A stretch of 64,000 nt of DNA from Candidatus Dojkabacteria bacterium (lineage in GTDB: Bacteria > Patescibacteriota > Dojkabacteria > B142 > OLB20): NCBI GenBank assembly GCA_035444565.1, contig DAOMOX010000005.1:5045-69044 (forward strand), read 5' to 3'. The position numbers and the translations under genes were made by a program. The notes below the pieces were generated by a model that saw only the letters and a list, made by a program, of their open reading frames with translations, was not told the origin of the DNA and made no database searches. Numbering within the stretch: position 1 is the first letter of the stretch; each line of letters begins with the position of its first letter. This document shows positions 1 to 9,709 of the stretch, piece after piece.

Positions 1-1056
1 CCTCAACAGTACTCCTCTCTAGATCGTATGTTAAAAAGCCACATACTAAGCCAAATGGAAAAATACGAATTAGAAGTTATAATAGCTTTAAGGGAAGAAC
101 AAAAAGTACGGGGTTTATTATTAGTGGGTTACAAAGAAGCAAAAGCCCCTTATAATTCTCAGGAATTTAAATTACTTACAAGTATAGCCGAAACTATGAG
201 CCTTGGAATAGGTAGGGCTCTATTATATAAAGAAATTCAACAATTTAACGAAACACTACAAAAGAAAGTAACTAATGCCACGGCTGAGTTACAAAGTAAA
301 AACAAGGCACTTGAAGAAGCATTGTTAAAATTAGAAGAAGTCCGCAGACAAGAAAAAGATATGCTTGATGTTATGGGTCATGAACTTAGAACTCCAATTT
401 CTATTGCTAGAAATTCTGTAGTTACCTTACAAAAACACTTAAGTAAAAATGATACCGATCCAGAAAAACTAGCAAAATATACCAAAATGGCTGTTGAGTC
501 AATTCGCAGAGAGATTGCGCTAATCGAAACATTCTTATCTACAACAAAACTGGAAGGTGGACGTATGCAAGTGAATCCTGAAAAAGTATCTCTCAAAGAT
601 GTTATTCACGAAAGTTTGCAAGGACATATGGACCTTGCAAAAAGGAATAACACCAATATCATTTTTAATGAACCTGATAATGATATATATGTGATAGCTG
701 ACAAGATTAGAATACAGGAAGTTATGGATAATTTCCTTAATAATGCAATTAAGTATACCGGTGAAGGAAATGTAGAAATCAAAATGTATGAACTAGAAGA
801 TCTTGGTTGGATAGATGTAAAAGATGATGGAATCGGGATATCCGCTGAGAATCTTCAGAAGTTAGGTAGAAAGTTTTTCCGAGCACAAACACTTTATAAC
901 CAATCAAATAATGTAGTAAATCCTAGTGGAACTGGATTAGGTCTATTTGTGAGTTTCCAACTTATAGATTTAATGAAAGGTGAAAGGAAAATCATAAGTC
1001 AAGAAGGTCAAGGTTCGATTTTCTCATTTGGACTACCACTATATAATCAATCCTAA
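1..1056 (+). CDS. Sensor histidine kinase (5' partial; GAF-like remnant, HisKA, HATPase_c)
   Basis: Frame is open from base 1. H-box GHELRTP, N-box NFLNNAIKY, G1 DDGIGI, G2 GTGLGL. Confidence 0.93.
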   Translation, partial: PQQYSSLDRMLKSHILSQMEKYELEVIIALREEQKVRGLLLVGYKEAKAPYNSQEFKLLTSIAETMSLGIGRALLYKEIQQFNETLQKKVTNATAELQSKNKALEEALLKLEEVRRQEKDMLDVMGHELRTPISIARNSVVTLQKHLSKNDTDPEKLAKYTKMAVESIRREIALIETFLSTTKLEGGRMQVNPEKVSLKDVIHESLQGHMDLAKRNNTNIIFNEPDNDIYVIADKIRIQEVMDNFLNNAIKYTGEGNVEIKMYELEDLGWIDVKDDGIGISAENLQKLGRKFFRAQTLYNQSNNVVNPSGTGLGLFVSFQLIDLMKGERKIISQEGQGSIFSFGLPLYNQS

Positions 1057-1838
1057 ATTGTATTGGTACTAACAACTTCGCGAATTTCGTTAAATATACT
1101 CGCTGTATATACATCTTTGGGATAATACTTAATTACAAAAAAGCGACTATCTATACTTAATGAACTCATTTCTATGTCAATTTCTAAAACTTTCCCATTA
1201 TATTTCAACCAGAAGTCGCTAGAAAAAGGGAGGTATTCTTTCTTGTACTCTTGAGACCATAACTTGCTCATATAGACAGTCTTTTTTAGCCTTCTGGAGT
1301 CTTCAAAATAACGTGGATGATTCCTATATTTATGTACAACAGACCTATATGTAGTTAACATTTGACCTAGTATAATTGGTAGATATTTCTTAGGAATTTT
1401 ATTTAAGATTTTAAAATCTTTGTGAAACAACACATCCCACGTGGTAAGTCCTTGAAATTTCAACGTAAGTCTCTTATCAATTTCAAAAAGTTTTAAAATA
1501 ATTTCGTTCCAATAACATATCCGGAATTGATTATCTATCATATATATTGGTACAGTTTGTTTATCAAAATTACTTTTTACCAACCCCACCACCCTCTCAA
1601 TCTCATCAACATCCGGGCTGGATTTTTGCAAGCTAATCAAATAGTTAAACTCGTCATCGTGCAAGTCCAAAACTTGGGCGATTTTTATGATGGTTTCCTT
1701 TGTAGGATTGATGTTTCCGTTTTCGATTCGGGAGAGCGTACCAAATGAAAGCCCGGCTTCGACTTCAAGTTTTGTTTGACTGAGAGAGCGATCTTCTCTC
1801 AGAACATAGATTTTCCTGCCTAAAGGTAGTTCATCCAT
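1053..1838 (-). CDS. XRE-family HTH regulator with C-terminal PAS-like (MmyB-type) domain
   Basis: N-terminal LREDRSLSQTKL..AGLSFGTLSRIENG..NP HTH. C-terminal PIYMIDNQFRICYWN resembles a PAS/MmyB domain. Confidence 0.85.
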   Translation of the reverse strand: MDELPLGRKIYVLREDRSLSQTKLEVEAGLSFGTLSRIENGNINPTKETIIKIAQVLDLHDDEFNYLISLQKSSPDVDEIERVVGLVKSNFDKQTVPIYMIDNQFRICYWNEIILKLFEIDKRLTLKFQGLTTWDVLFHKDFKILNKIPKKYLPIILGQMLTTYRSVVHKYRNHPRYFEDSRRLKKTVYMSKLWSQEYKKEYLPFSSDFWLKYNGKVLEIDIEMSSLSIDSRFFVIKYYPKDVYTASIFNEIREVVSTNTI

Positions 1839-1860
1839 GGTAAGTATTTCTTTCGGGGTA

Positions 1861-1913
1861 ATTATACTACATTTATTACGGATTTCTTTGCGTTATGGCG
1901 CAATAAAACGCAA
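1861..1913 (-). promoter_or_regulatory. Putative -10 box (TATAAT) and palindromic operator upstream of the XRE gene
   Basis: Minus-strand TATAAT at 1861-1866. Inverted repeat TTGCG-N6-CGCAA at 1888-1903, with a second CGCAA half-site at 1909-1913. Confidence 0.4.
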
Positions 1914-1944
1914 GTTGTAGCGTTGACTAGGATTGATAATTCTA

Positions 1945-2735
1945 TTAACTTTTCTCGTGAATTATCTTTTTAATGCTTTCTTTGCTTCTACCAAAAGCTT
2001 CTAGATACTTTGTTTCTTTATCTCTATACATATCAGCAACAGTATCAAGATAATTCTGATAGTTTTTACCATCAGGATCGTACAAATACATCCTCTGGCA
2101 ATGATTTACAATATCAACAAAATTAAAAATGACATGTTCCTTTCCAATTAAATCAATCTTCAAAACTAAATCCCACAACTTATTCATGTATTTGATATAA
2201 CCTTGCATCGTGTGAAGAGGTGTAGGATATGGCAAATCTTTATTATTTTGGATAGCATATTGATTTGATGCCCAGGCATATGCATCCGCCATTCTACTAT
2301 GCAAAACAGCCTTGTCCCCTACGAAAAGTATTTGAGCGAACTCTGAAGGATTTTTCTCTGCTTTCCAGTCATCAGAAATCGCAAATTTTAAATTTGTGAG
2401 GAATTCCGGTTCAACATTCAGAGGTTTTAATATTTCTTCAAGTTGTCGCAAACTTTTTCCCAGTGATGTTCTTCAGAACCATCCTCACCCTTTGCAGGTC
2501 TATAAACGTCATGAAATAGACCAGCGAGAAATAATAATTTGGGATTTTTATATTTATTAATTACAGCTAATTCATAGGCTTCAACAGCAACTTCCATAAC
2601 ATGCCCAAAACCATGACCAAGAGAAGAGATGGGATTTTCTTCCCAATAATCAAGTAAGGCATCGACATATTCCCTGAGTTCATTTGTCTCAACAAACTCA
2701 AGAGCTTTTTGTAAATATTCTTTATCAGTTTTCAT
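1945..2735 (-). pseudogene. HD-domain phosphohydrolase split by a 1-nt frameshift (ORFs 2427-2735 and 1945-2451)
   Basis: First ORF has H..H (HGFGH), LFHD and EEHH. Second ORF has the distal GDKA aspartate. One extra A in TGG GAA AAA GTT fuses them (..HHWEKSLRQLEEIL..). Confidence 0.7.
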
Positions 2736-2764
2736 AATTATTTGATTAAATTAATTTTTGAAAT

Positions 2765-3859
2765 TTAAAGTTTTCTTTCAATCATATAGTCTGCAATCCC
2801 CTCCAAGTAATTCACTCCTTCTTCCGTCCAGCCAGCCTCATCTTTGTATTTCAATAGTGCATTTTTTGCTTCGATCACCAAATCCAAAGCTTTTTTCTTC
2901 GAAATTTCAAGTGAACCTGTATCAAGCATGATTTCTCTCACCTTATCAACCTCACTTTTTGATACTTTCGGATTTCCAATAACCTCCTCTAATACTTTTT
3001 TCTGGTTTTTTGTAGCTTTATTATATGCATGATAAGTTAATAATGTTTGTTTCCCTTCGATAATATCTCCATCCGCTGACTTACCAGTACTCTGTTCATC
3101 CCCAAATGTTCCCAAAATATCGTCTTGAATCTGAAATGCTACACCACCAGGGATAGCGTATTTAGCAAGCATATCTAATTTTTCATCAGACGCACCAGCC
3201 AATATCGCTCCAACCTGAATGGGATTATTATAAGTGTAGATTCCGGTTTTCCAATAAAGTACATTAATAATATCTTCTTCGGTGAGTTCAGAGCGCACTT
3301 CATTCAACATATCATGTATTTGCCCGTGTCCAGTGATAATTATTTGATTATTAAGCTGATTGACTGCTTTCTTAATTAATTCTAAATCGAAGTTTGAATT
3401 ATTTATTACATTTAAAGCAATGTGATCACATATCAAACCAACATTCACGGCAATAGTATTTCCAAAATGTGTACTATCTTTTTTGTAGAGATTTTTTGCA
3501 TGCCAAACTCTGTATGTTTCATTTATCGTGGGGTAACCACGTCTCTTAGAAGCAATATCCATAAAATCGTCTTCAACAAGCAAGAAAACATGTACAAGCT
3601 CGATTGCAGCTGCGATTTTAATGATCTCTTCTTCGTTATTACCCCCACTTAATTTATATGTGTAGTAAACGAACGAAGGCCTAAGACGCTTCCCGCTGAC
3701 TAAACTAATATTTTTAAGTTCAGTCATATAGTCAACTGCAAGTTGTGTGTAGTTTTCGGCTTCCTTGATTTCTTTGTCCAATATTTCACCCAAGACATTA
3801 TCGACCTTTTCTTTGAAAATTCCTAAAGATTGTTTAGCCTGTTGTGCTTTCGAATTCAT
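2765..3859 (-). CDS. Polyprenyl diphosphate synthase (GGPP synthase-like)
   Basis: GKRLRP, FARM EDDFMD..KRRG, GQ..D, KT, SARM FQIQDDILG, GK....D..EGK. Confidence 0.93.
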   Translation of the reverse strand: MNSKAQQAKQSLGIFKEKVDNVLGEILDKEIKEAENYTQLAVDYMTELKNISLVSGKRLRPSFVYYTYKLSGGNNEEEIIKIAAAIELVHVFLLVEDDFMDIASKRRGYPTINETYRVWHAKNLYKKDSTHFGNTIAVNVGLICDHIALNVINNSNFDLELIKKAVNQLNNQIIITGHGQIHDMLNEVRSELTEEDIINVLYWKTGIYTYNNPIQVGAILAGASDEKLDMLAKYAIPGGVAFQIQDDILGTFGDEQSTGKSADGDIIEGKQTLLTYHAYNKATKNQKKVLEEVIGNPKVSKSEVDKVREIMLDTGSLEISKKKALDLVIEAKNALLKYKDEAGWTEEGVNYLEGIADYMIERKL

Positions 3860-4007
3860 TGAAATAAAAGGAAATCAAAGCCAATTATAAGGCTTTTGAT
3901 AGAACTTGGCAAAGCATAAATTATTACTATCTTGTGCCATGACGCGAAGTAAAAAGGCAATAAATAAATTAATATCATCTCAGAACTATTTATTAATTAT
4001 TCAGCGT

Positions 4008-5318
4008 ATGCGAAGACACTTACTACTCCTCTTCTCTTTATTAATGCTAAGTGCAATTTTCTTTACATTCTTTCAACACATTACTACAAGTGCACAAACT
4101 ATTTCCACACCACAATTTAAACTGGAAATTACTACTGAGAACAAGGATTTAATTTCACCAGCGGCAAAGAACTCGATTTTGGATACTTTAAACAATCGTT
4201 GGCGTGGTGATATTCCCCTCGATAATATTTTCTATCTCCCAAATATCAGATGGGAGAATGATTGGGCTATAGCGGACATTCACTACAAGAAAAGTAGTAT
4301 CGACTATACAAATCCTGAGAACTCCCCAATCAATAATTCCTTCTCGGTTATCCTAGCTATAAACTCCAGAGGTGTTTGGCAATCTGCATTTACCGACGAA
4401 CCACAGGCAGCAGACATAGCGAGAATGATTCCTGACGAAGAGCTATCCTACGAGGCTAAAACAACTCTTCTCACTCATTTTCCCAGTCAGTACAAAACTA
4501 TGTCTTTAAATATTGATTATAAATTACCGTGGTCGAAATCTGGAACGAAATTTTTCTTTTCAGGAGTCAGAACAACAAACACTCAACCATGTCCAAATAA
4601 CTCAGGTTGGCATGGAGCACTGCCATATTTAGGTGGTGAGCCTTGTCATGCACTTGATTTCGCCCCCAGGCTCAGTTCTACAGTGACGAATGCAGACATT
4701 CTCTCTCCCGTTACAGGTTATGTTTATCAAATCTGTAAAAATCCAGGATCGCAAAAACAATCCGCCCTTGCAATCAAAGCTACGAATAGTAACCAAATTA
4801 TAGGAATCTGGCATCTTGATAAAGAAACAATTCCCTCACGAATCAAACAGGGTGAACTAATAAAACAAGGCGAATTTCTCGGTCAAATGGTCGAAGGATC
4901 TGTGAACGAATCAAAATCAACATGTCCCCTAGTCTCTCAGGGAACTCATATTCATCTTGTATCACCATATAGACCGTTTACTATTGATTCTTATACTTTT
5001 ACCCTTGAAGACAAAGTAATATTTAACGAGTCTGAACATACTATGAGTGCTTTCCAAAACACAGATATGGTAAGTACTAATGGGAACGAGACGTCTACTA
5101 GTTCAAACTGTAGACCACCGGTATCAGGAGATTGGGTGATTTCAGAGAATTGTGATTTGTCTTTCTCTACCTCAGTACCCAATAATATAATAATTAACGA
5201 TGGGAAATCGCTAACAATAAACAGCAATGTTACACTTGATATGAATCTAGGATATTATAGAATTCTTATAAAGCCTAACGCTAAATTACTAGTTAACTCC
5301 GGTGCTAAAATCATTTAA
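4008..5318 (+). CDS. Secreted M23-family metallopeptidase (probable peptidoglycan hydrolase)
   Basis: Signal peptide from ATG 4008 (MRRHLLLLF..SAQ). HxxxD-like CHALD and HxH THIHL motifs. HL....IKQG..IKQGE.LG strand typical of M23. Confidence 0.75.
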   Translation: MRRHLLLLFSLLMLSAIFFTFFQHITTSAQTISTPQFKLEITTENKDLISPAAKNSILDTLNNRWRGDIPLDNIFYLPNIRWENDWAIADIHYKKSSIDYTNPENSPINNSFSVILAINSRGVWQSAFTDEPQAADIARMIPDEELSYEAKTTLLTHFPSQYKTMSLNIDYKLPWSKSGTKFFFSGVRTTNTQPCPNNSGWHGALPYLGGEPCHALDFAPRLSSTVTNADILSPVTGYVYQICKNPGSQKQSALAIKATNSNQIIGIWHLDKETIPSRIKQGELIKQGEFLGQMVEGSVNESKSTCPLVSQGTHIHLVSPYRPFTIDSYTFTLEDKVIFNESEHTMSAFQNTDMVSTNGNETSTSSNCRPPVSGDWVISENCDLSFSTSVPNNIIINDGKSLTINSNVTLDMNLGYYRILIKPNAKLLVNSGAKII

Positions 5319-5328
5319 CAAAAAAATT

Positions 5329-5925
5329 ATGAAAAGAATAATCATATTAACTATTGCGACAATCCTCCTTGTATATGCTGGAATGAATGCTCAAGAACTA
5401 ATTCAAAAAGAAAAAACCTCTTCACAAGAGTATGTTATTACGATTACTCCATCACCATCTATTGAAGTTCCCACACTTTCACACACTTTCGTACTTTCTG
5501 AAAATACAAATTCATCGCAGTCCAATCTAACACTAGAAAGTATTGGAAATTATAAAGGGGAAGTTATTAAATCAGAACAAACACCTTCTCAGTGGAAGTT
5601 ATCTCAAAATGACACATTTCTTCAAATTTCAACAAATCCTAGTGACACATCACCCTTTGGGGCTGACTTAGAACCTGATATTACATTATTAAATTCCCGA
5701 CTAACGGCTAATCAAATCTATAGAGTCAAAGTCGATGAAAGTTTCTACTTTTACACAAATAGATACTACAACGATTCATGTGGACAAAGATATTGTTCTA
5801 ATGGTCTTTTAAGCACCGATAGTGGCGAAGACCTGTCAATTTATTGTGTGCTTGGGGAAAGTAGTCCGGACGAACTCAGCTTCTGTGACAATATCGTAGT
5901 AAATCTAAACGATAAAAGTATTTAA
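5329..5925 (+). CDS. Hypothetical exported protein
   Basis: Signal peptide MKRIIILTIATILLVYAG, TITPSP linker, four Cys near the C-terminus. Confidence 0.7.
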   Translation: MKRIIILTIATILLVYAGMNAQELIQKEKTSSQEYVITITPSPSIEVPTLSHTFVLSENTNSSQSNLTLESIGNYKGEVIKSEQTPSQWKLSQNDTFLQISTNPSDTSPFGADLEPDITLLNSRLTANQIYRVKVDESFYFYTNRYYNDSCGQRYCSNGLLSTDSGEDLSIYCVLGESSPDELSFCDNIVVNLNDKSI

Positions 5926-6392
5926 CCTGTGCATACATCTGGGAAGAAGAACGTAAACCCAGGGGTTCCGTCAAATTGTTGATAACAATTACTAGTACCA
6001 GAGATCATGGTCGCCATTACTGACGCGATTATCATTCTCGACAAGTAAAAAAGAACAATTCCAATCAACCACCTACCAAAGCGAGTTTTTGCGTCTTCGA
6101 TTTTGTTTGTATCACTCGTAAAGAACGAATAGGCTATGAGAATGAAATACGCCAACCATAGAAAACCACCTAGTGCCCAAGCAATATAGATGAACCTCAC
6201 CAATACAAACTCAAATGTTTGCAGTGTAGGTGGTCTACAATCAGGATTAATACTATCTACGGGACAATCATTTATAAAATCAGTCTGTCCACCTTGTGCA
6301 AGGACTGGCAAAGTACGAAAACCTAGTAAAGTTAAAGTTAAAAACAATGACAAAATTGTGCTTAAAATATATTTCTTCACAAAGCTTTTCAT
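5922..6392 (-). CDS. VirB2/TrbC-like pilin (CPR-type)
   Basis: Signal peptide ending VLA|Q. Two hydrophobic helices joined by TSDTNKIEDAKTR. Paired Cys residues. Confidence 0.7.
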   Translation of the reverse strand: MKSFVKKYILSTILSLFLTLTLLGFRTLPVLAQGGQTDFINDCPVDSINPDCRPPTLQTFEFVLVRFIYIAWALGGFLWLAYFILIAYSFFTSDTNKIEDAKTRFGRWLIGIVLFYLSRMIIASVMATMISGTSNCYQQFDGTPGFTFFFPDVCTG

Positions 6393-6445
6393 AACTAACT
6401 CAGTTTATCTCACGTGCAAACGAAAAACAACCTCGATGTATTAAT

Positions 6446-6477
6446 AAAAAAAGAGTTACTAGATAGTAACTCTTTTT
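6446..6477. terminator. Intrinsic terminator (potentially bidirectional)
   Basis: AAAAAGAGTTACT-agat-AGTAACTCTTTTT hairpin with A/T tracts on both sides, 20 bp after the stop of 6498-7127. Confidence 0.8.
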
Positions 6478-6497
6478 CTAATTTATTATGAAAGCAA

Positions 6498-7127
6498 TTA
6501 TGGAGAAGGATCAATAATTGTTGGATCAGTTCCCAACGGTGTACCTCCATTTAATGGATCTTTACAATCTGCACTCACTTGATCTTCAGTATATGTACCA
6601 GCTGCAAATAATGCATAATGTTCATTACACCATTCACACGCATTTCCTTCGACTCCTTCAGTAATACATATATTACAACCTACACTGTTAGGAGCACTTA
6701 AACAGACTTGGGTTAATGTTGGATCTACTCTTCCTGCTCCAAAGAATACGAATACCAATACAACCCCGACTATTCCTATTAACATCGCTGCTATTCCCAT
6801 AAATATAGCTTTGATTGCTTTCTGTGCTTCTTCAATTTTACCAGGGTCCCCTTGTGATTGGATGTATTTAAATGCTGCGATTAACGCATAGACTACTGCT
6901 ACAAGAATTATTAATCCAAGTGCTATGTACAATCCTGTTCGTACCCTACCTGAGATAAATGATGCTGTTCCTGAACCATCTTCTCCAAACAAATCGAAAA
7001 TTGCTTGTATTTGTTCTGGAATAAGGCTGGAGCTTGATGTTTGTGCGGACACGCCACTTGGTAAAAGCAAGATGGTGGAGAATACGCCCACAAATGCAAT
7101 CATTAATCTGCTTATATGAATTCTCAT
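6498..7127 (-). CDS. VirB2/TrbC-like pilin with Cys-rich C-terminal domain
   Basis: Signal peptide VSA|Q, then TM-KYIQSQGDPGKIEEAQKAI-TM, then CLSAPNSVGCxxC...CxxC. Confidence 0.78.
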   Translation of the reverse strand: MRIHISRLMIAFVGVFSTILLLPSGVSAQTSSSSLIPEQIQAIFDLFGEDGSGTASFISGRVRTGLYIALGLIILVAVVYALIAAFKYIQSQGDPGKIEEAQKAIKAIFMGIAAMLIGIVGVVLVFVFFGAGRVDPTLTQVCLSAPNSVGCNICITEGVEGNACEWCNEHYALFAAGTYTEDQVSADCKDPLNGGTPLGTDPTIIDPSP

Positions 7128-7212
7128 GATTTGTTTTAAATAAATAAAATAATATATAAAATATTAATACATTAAGCTGATAAATTAAATTGTTATCACT
7201 TACTGTAAATAA

Positions 7213-7782
7213 TTATTGACATAAGTTATTATATTGGATTTGCTCCCCAGGATCCAAAGCTCCACCCCTTGCAATCTCTGAATACAGACCTTCACAAGTT
7301 CTGCAATCACCACCATTAATACCCTCTGCTCTACAGCTATCACAACCGACACTATTTGGTGCACTTAGACAGGTTTGGTAAAGATTTGGTTCAACTGGAC
7401 TAGTTCCAAAGAATACGAACACAAGAATCACTCCAACAATGGCAATCATCATAGCTGCGATACCCATAAAGATTGCCTTGATGGCTTTTTGGGCTTCCTC
7501 GATTTTTCCTGGATCACCTTGTGATTGGATATATTTAAAAGATGCTAGTAAAGCATAGATTACGGCAACTACAATAATCACTCCTAAAGCTATGAACAAT
7601 CCTACCCTCACCCTACTGACAATGAATGAAGCAGTACCAGATCCATCTGGTCCTAAGAGATTGAACAGACTTAAAATTTGATCTGGTAAAAAAGAGGGAT
7701 TAGTCTGAGCACTTACTCCGACCGAAAGTAGTACTAATATAAGTGGAGTCAGTAAAAGACTTGATAATACTTGTTTTTTCAT
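7213..7782 (-). CDS. VirB2/TrbC-like pilin, close paralog of 6498-7127
   Basis: Identical KYIQSQGDPGKIEEAQKAIKAIFMGIAAM core and the same Cys pattern. Confidence 0.78.
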   Translation of the reverse strand: MKKQVLSSLLLTPLILVLLSVGVSAQTNPSFLPDQILSLFNLLGPDGSGTASFIVSRVRVGLFIALGVIIVVAVIYALLASFKYIQSQGDPGKIEEAQKAIKAIFMGIAAMMIAIVGVILVFVFFGTSPVEPNLYQTCLSAPNSVGCDSCRAEGINGGDCRTCEGLYSEIARGGALDPGEQIQYNNLCQ

Positions 7783-7850
7783 AATTTATTTATTAAAGAT
7801 AACAAATTTTAAACTAATTTAAATTAAATAGCAAAACAATTACAGCAACA

Positions 7851-8588
7851 TTATTCACATCGGAAACTGTTAGGATTATTATTCACACTACCTGTACAAG
7901 TTAGTCCTGCACAACATGACCCAACCGGATTCCCGTTATTATTACATAACTGACCACTCGATAAACATACATTTGAGACGTTACTGTTTCCGTGTGTGCT
8001 GTTCAGTGCACATCCACTTGGCATTGCACTTTGAAATTCAATGATATCGATATACTCCGTATCGCCATCTTCACAACAGACTACATAATATTGAGGCCTG
8101 GTTGATCCTGCAGACTCAATGTAATCGTCTAGCAGCTCAATATAAGATTTTCTAATCGCTTTCGAAGGATCATTGGGATCGGGTTCAAACTTGCCTTGGA
8201 AATAAAACCTCCCAGAGGCAGGACCACCTTGATTGCATTGCCTTAAGTTCTCAGCCCAATTCCAAGGTGCACCAACTCCCATAAATACAGCAGCAAAAGT
8301 AATCACTAAGAAAAACATTAGGAAATACGATATTCCGATCCATACACTTTTGATAATTTTCCATCCTTTCTCAATCTTCTGTGGATCTCCAAAACTAGAT
8401 GTAATACTAAATGCTCCATATATAGCAAATCCTAGCCATGCGACTACAAGAATTACCAAGAATAAGAACATCAATAAACCAATAGCCGAAAAAATACCAT
8501 TCGTAAAAAAGCCCCCATAAGATGGTAAATCAAAAACAAATTCAGTGCCTGGAATAGAGAATTGACTTGATATTGAGCTAAAATCCAT
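7851..8588 (-). CDS. VirB2-like pilin with extended Cys-rich C-terminal domain
   Basis: TM-SITSSFGDPQKIEKGWKII-TM. C-terminal knottin-like C-x6-C...CC-x4-C...C. No obvious cleavable signal peptide. Confidence 0.68.
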   Translation of the reverse strand: MDFSSISSQFSIPGTEFVFDLPSYGGFFTNGIFSAIGLLMFLFLVILVVAWLGFAIYGAFSITSSFGDPQKIEKGWKIIKSVWIGISYFLMFFLVITFAAVFMGVGAPWNWAENLRQCNQGGPASGRFYFQGKFEPDPNDPSKAIRKSYIELLDDYIESAGSTRPQYYVVCCEDGDTEYIDIIEFQSAMPSGCALNSTHGNSNVSNVCLSSGQLCNNNGNPVGSCCAGLTCTGSVNNNPNSFRCE

Positions 8589-8629
8589 ATTATTAATTTT
8601 TCAATATAATTACTAAATAACAGACTTTA

Positions 8630-9349
8630 TTACATACATTTCTTAAAACCTGCCACAGGATCAAGTACGCAGGAATCTTGTGCGTCAGCACAAACCGTAT
8701 AACCACCACAATTACCACCCCTAGGAACGACCCTTGGCTGTGGCACAATACTTATATCAAATAAACTTCCCGTCAGTCCCAATAATAATGATACTAATTG
8801 TATAATACCAACAAATGAGAGACTCAATATCACACCTACAACAGCATTTCTGAAAATTTTCACTGCCTTTTCGATTTTTTCTGGGTTATCTGCGGCCGTA
8901 GATCTTTCCCACACACCCCACATTCCCATAATAACAGTGGCAAATACTATTAAGCTTATCATGGCGTAGAACCCCAGTCGCACTAGGATAACTGTACAAT
9001 ACGGATCGTCGGCTGGTCTATCTATCGTTTCTGGATCTGGGCATAATTCTAATCCAAATATATTAAATGCTTCACTATATCTCCCAGGAATATCGTCGTA
9101 CATAATTTCAAAGGATAGATTATGACAATTGACTTGGTCTGACTCGAGACAATTTAATCCCTGGTCTACACAAGCTTTATTACACAGCGAACTACATACA
9201 ATCGGATCTTCTGGAAATCTTGTTGCGAGATATTTTGAACATTCCGGATCGATTACCAATTCTACATTAGCTCCTTGCGCATTAACATTAAATCCCTGAA
9301 TAAAGGTAACGATTAAGATTCCAAATATTAAAAATAGTAATTTCTTCAT
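8630..9349 (-). CDS. VirB2-like pilin with N- and C-terminal Cys-rich domains
   Basis: Signal peptide VNA|Q and TM-STAADNPEKIEKAVKIFRNAVVG-TM. Confidence 0.7.
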   Translation of the reverse strand: MKKLLFLIFGILIVTFIQGFNVNAQGANVELVIDPECSKYLATRFPEDPIVCSSLCNKACVDQGLNCLESDQVNCHNLSFEIMYDDIPGRYSEAFNIFGLELCPDPETIDRPADDPYCTVILVRLGFYAMISLIVFATVIMGMWGVWERSTAADNPEKIEKAVKIFRNAVVGVILSLSFVGIIQLVSLLLGLTGSLFDISIVPQPRVVPRGGNCGGYTVCADAQDSCVLDPVAGFKKCM

Positions 9350-9705
9350 GAAGGATTGGTGATTAATAAATCAATGCCAAAAATTGCTCCGATTGTCGCA
9401 ATTATCAATGGTGCCAGCATAATTAATGCAAAACCAGTAGTGGAATAACCTATTATTAAAATAGCCTTTTTCGCTTTTTCTGGATCGGCACCTGCGGTCA
9501 GCCTGATATATCCAGCATAAAGAAGCATCGCTAAATAAAGCAATACTGCGACAGGACGTATCCACCGAGAAATGGTACTGATAGAAGTTGCAAAATCCTT
9601 AAATGCATCGCTGACGGGATTTATTAAGCCTACAGCCTGAATATTACTAGGAAAAATAATAAACAACGCTGAAATAAGAATTAATACTAAAAATGCTTTT
9701 TTCAT
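9346..9705 (-). CDS. Minimal VirB2/TrbC-like pilin (candidate major subunit)
   Basis: Signal peptide IQA|V and TM-YAGYIRLTAGADPEKAKKA-TM. 119 aa with no accessory domain. Confidence 0.8.
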   Translation of the reverse strand: MKKAFLVLILISALFIIFPSNIQAVGLINPVSDAFKDFATSISTISRWIRPVAVLLYLAMLLYAGYIRLTAGADPEKAKKAILIIGYSTTGFALIMLAPLIIATIGAIFGIDLLITNPS

Positions 9706-9709
9706 TTAT

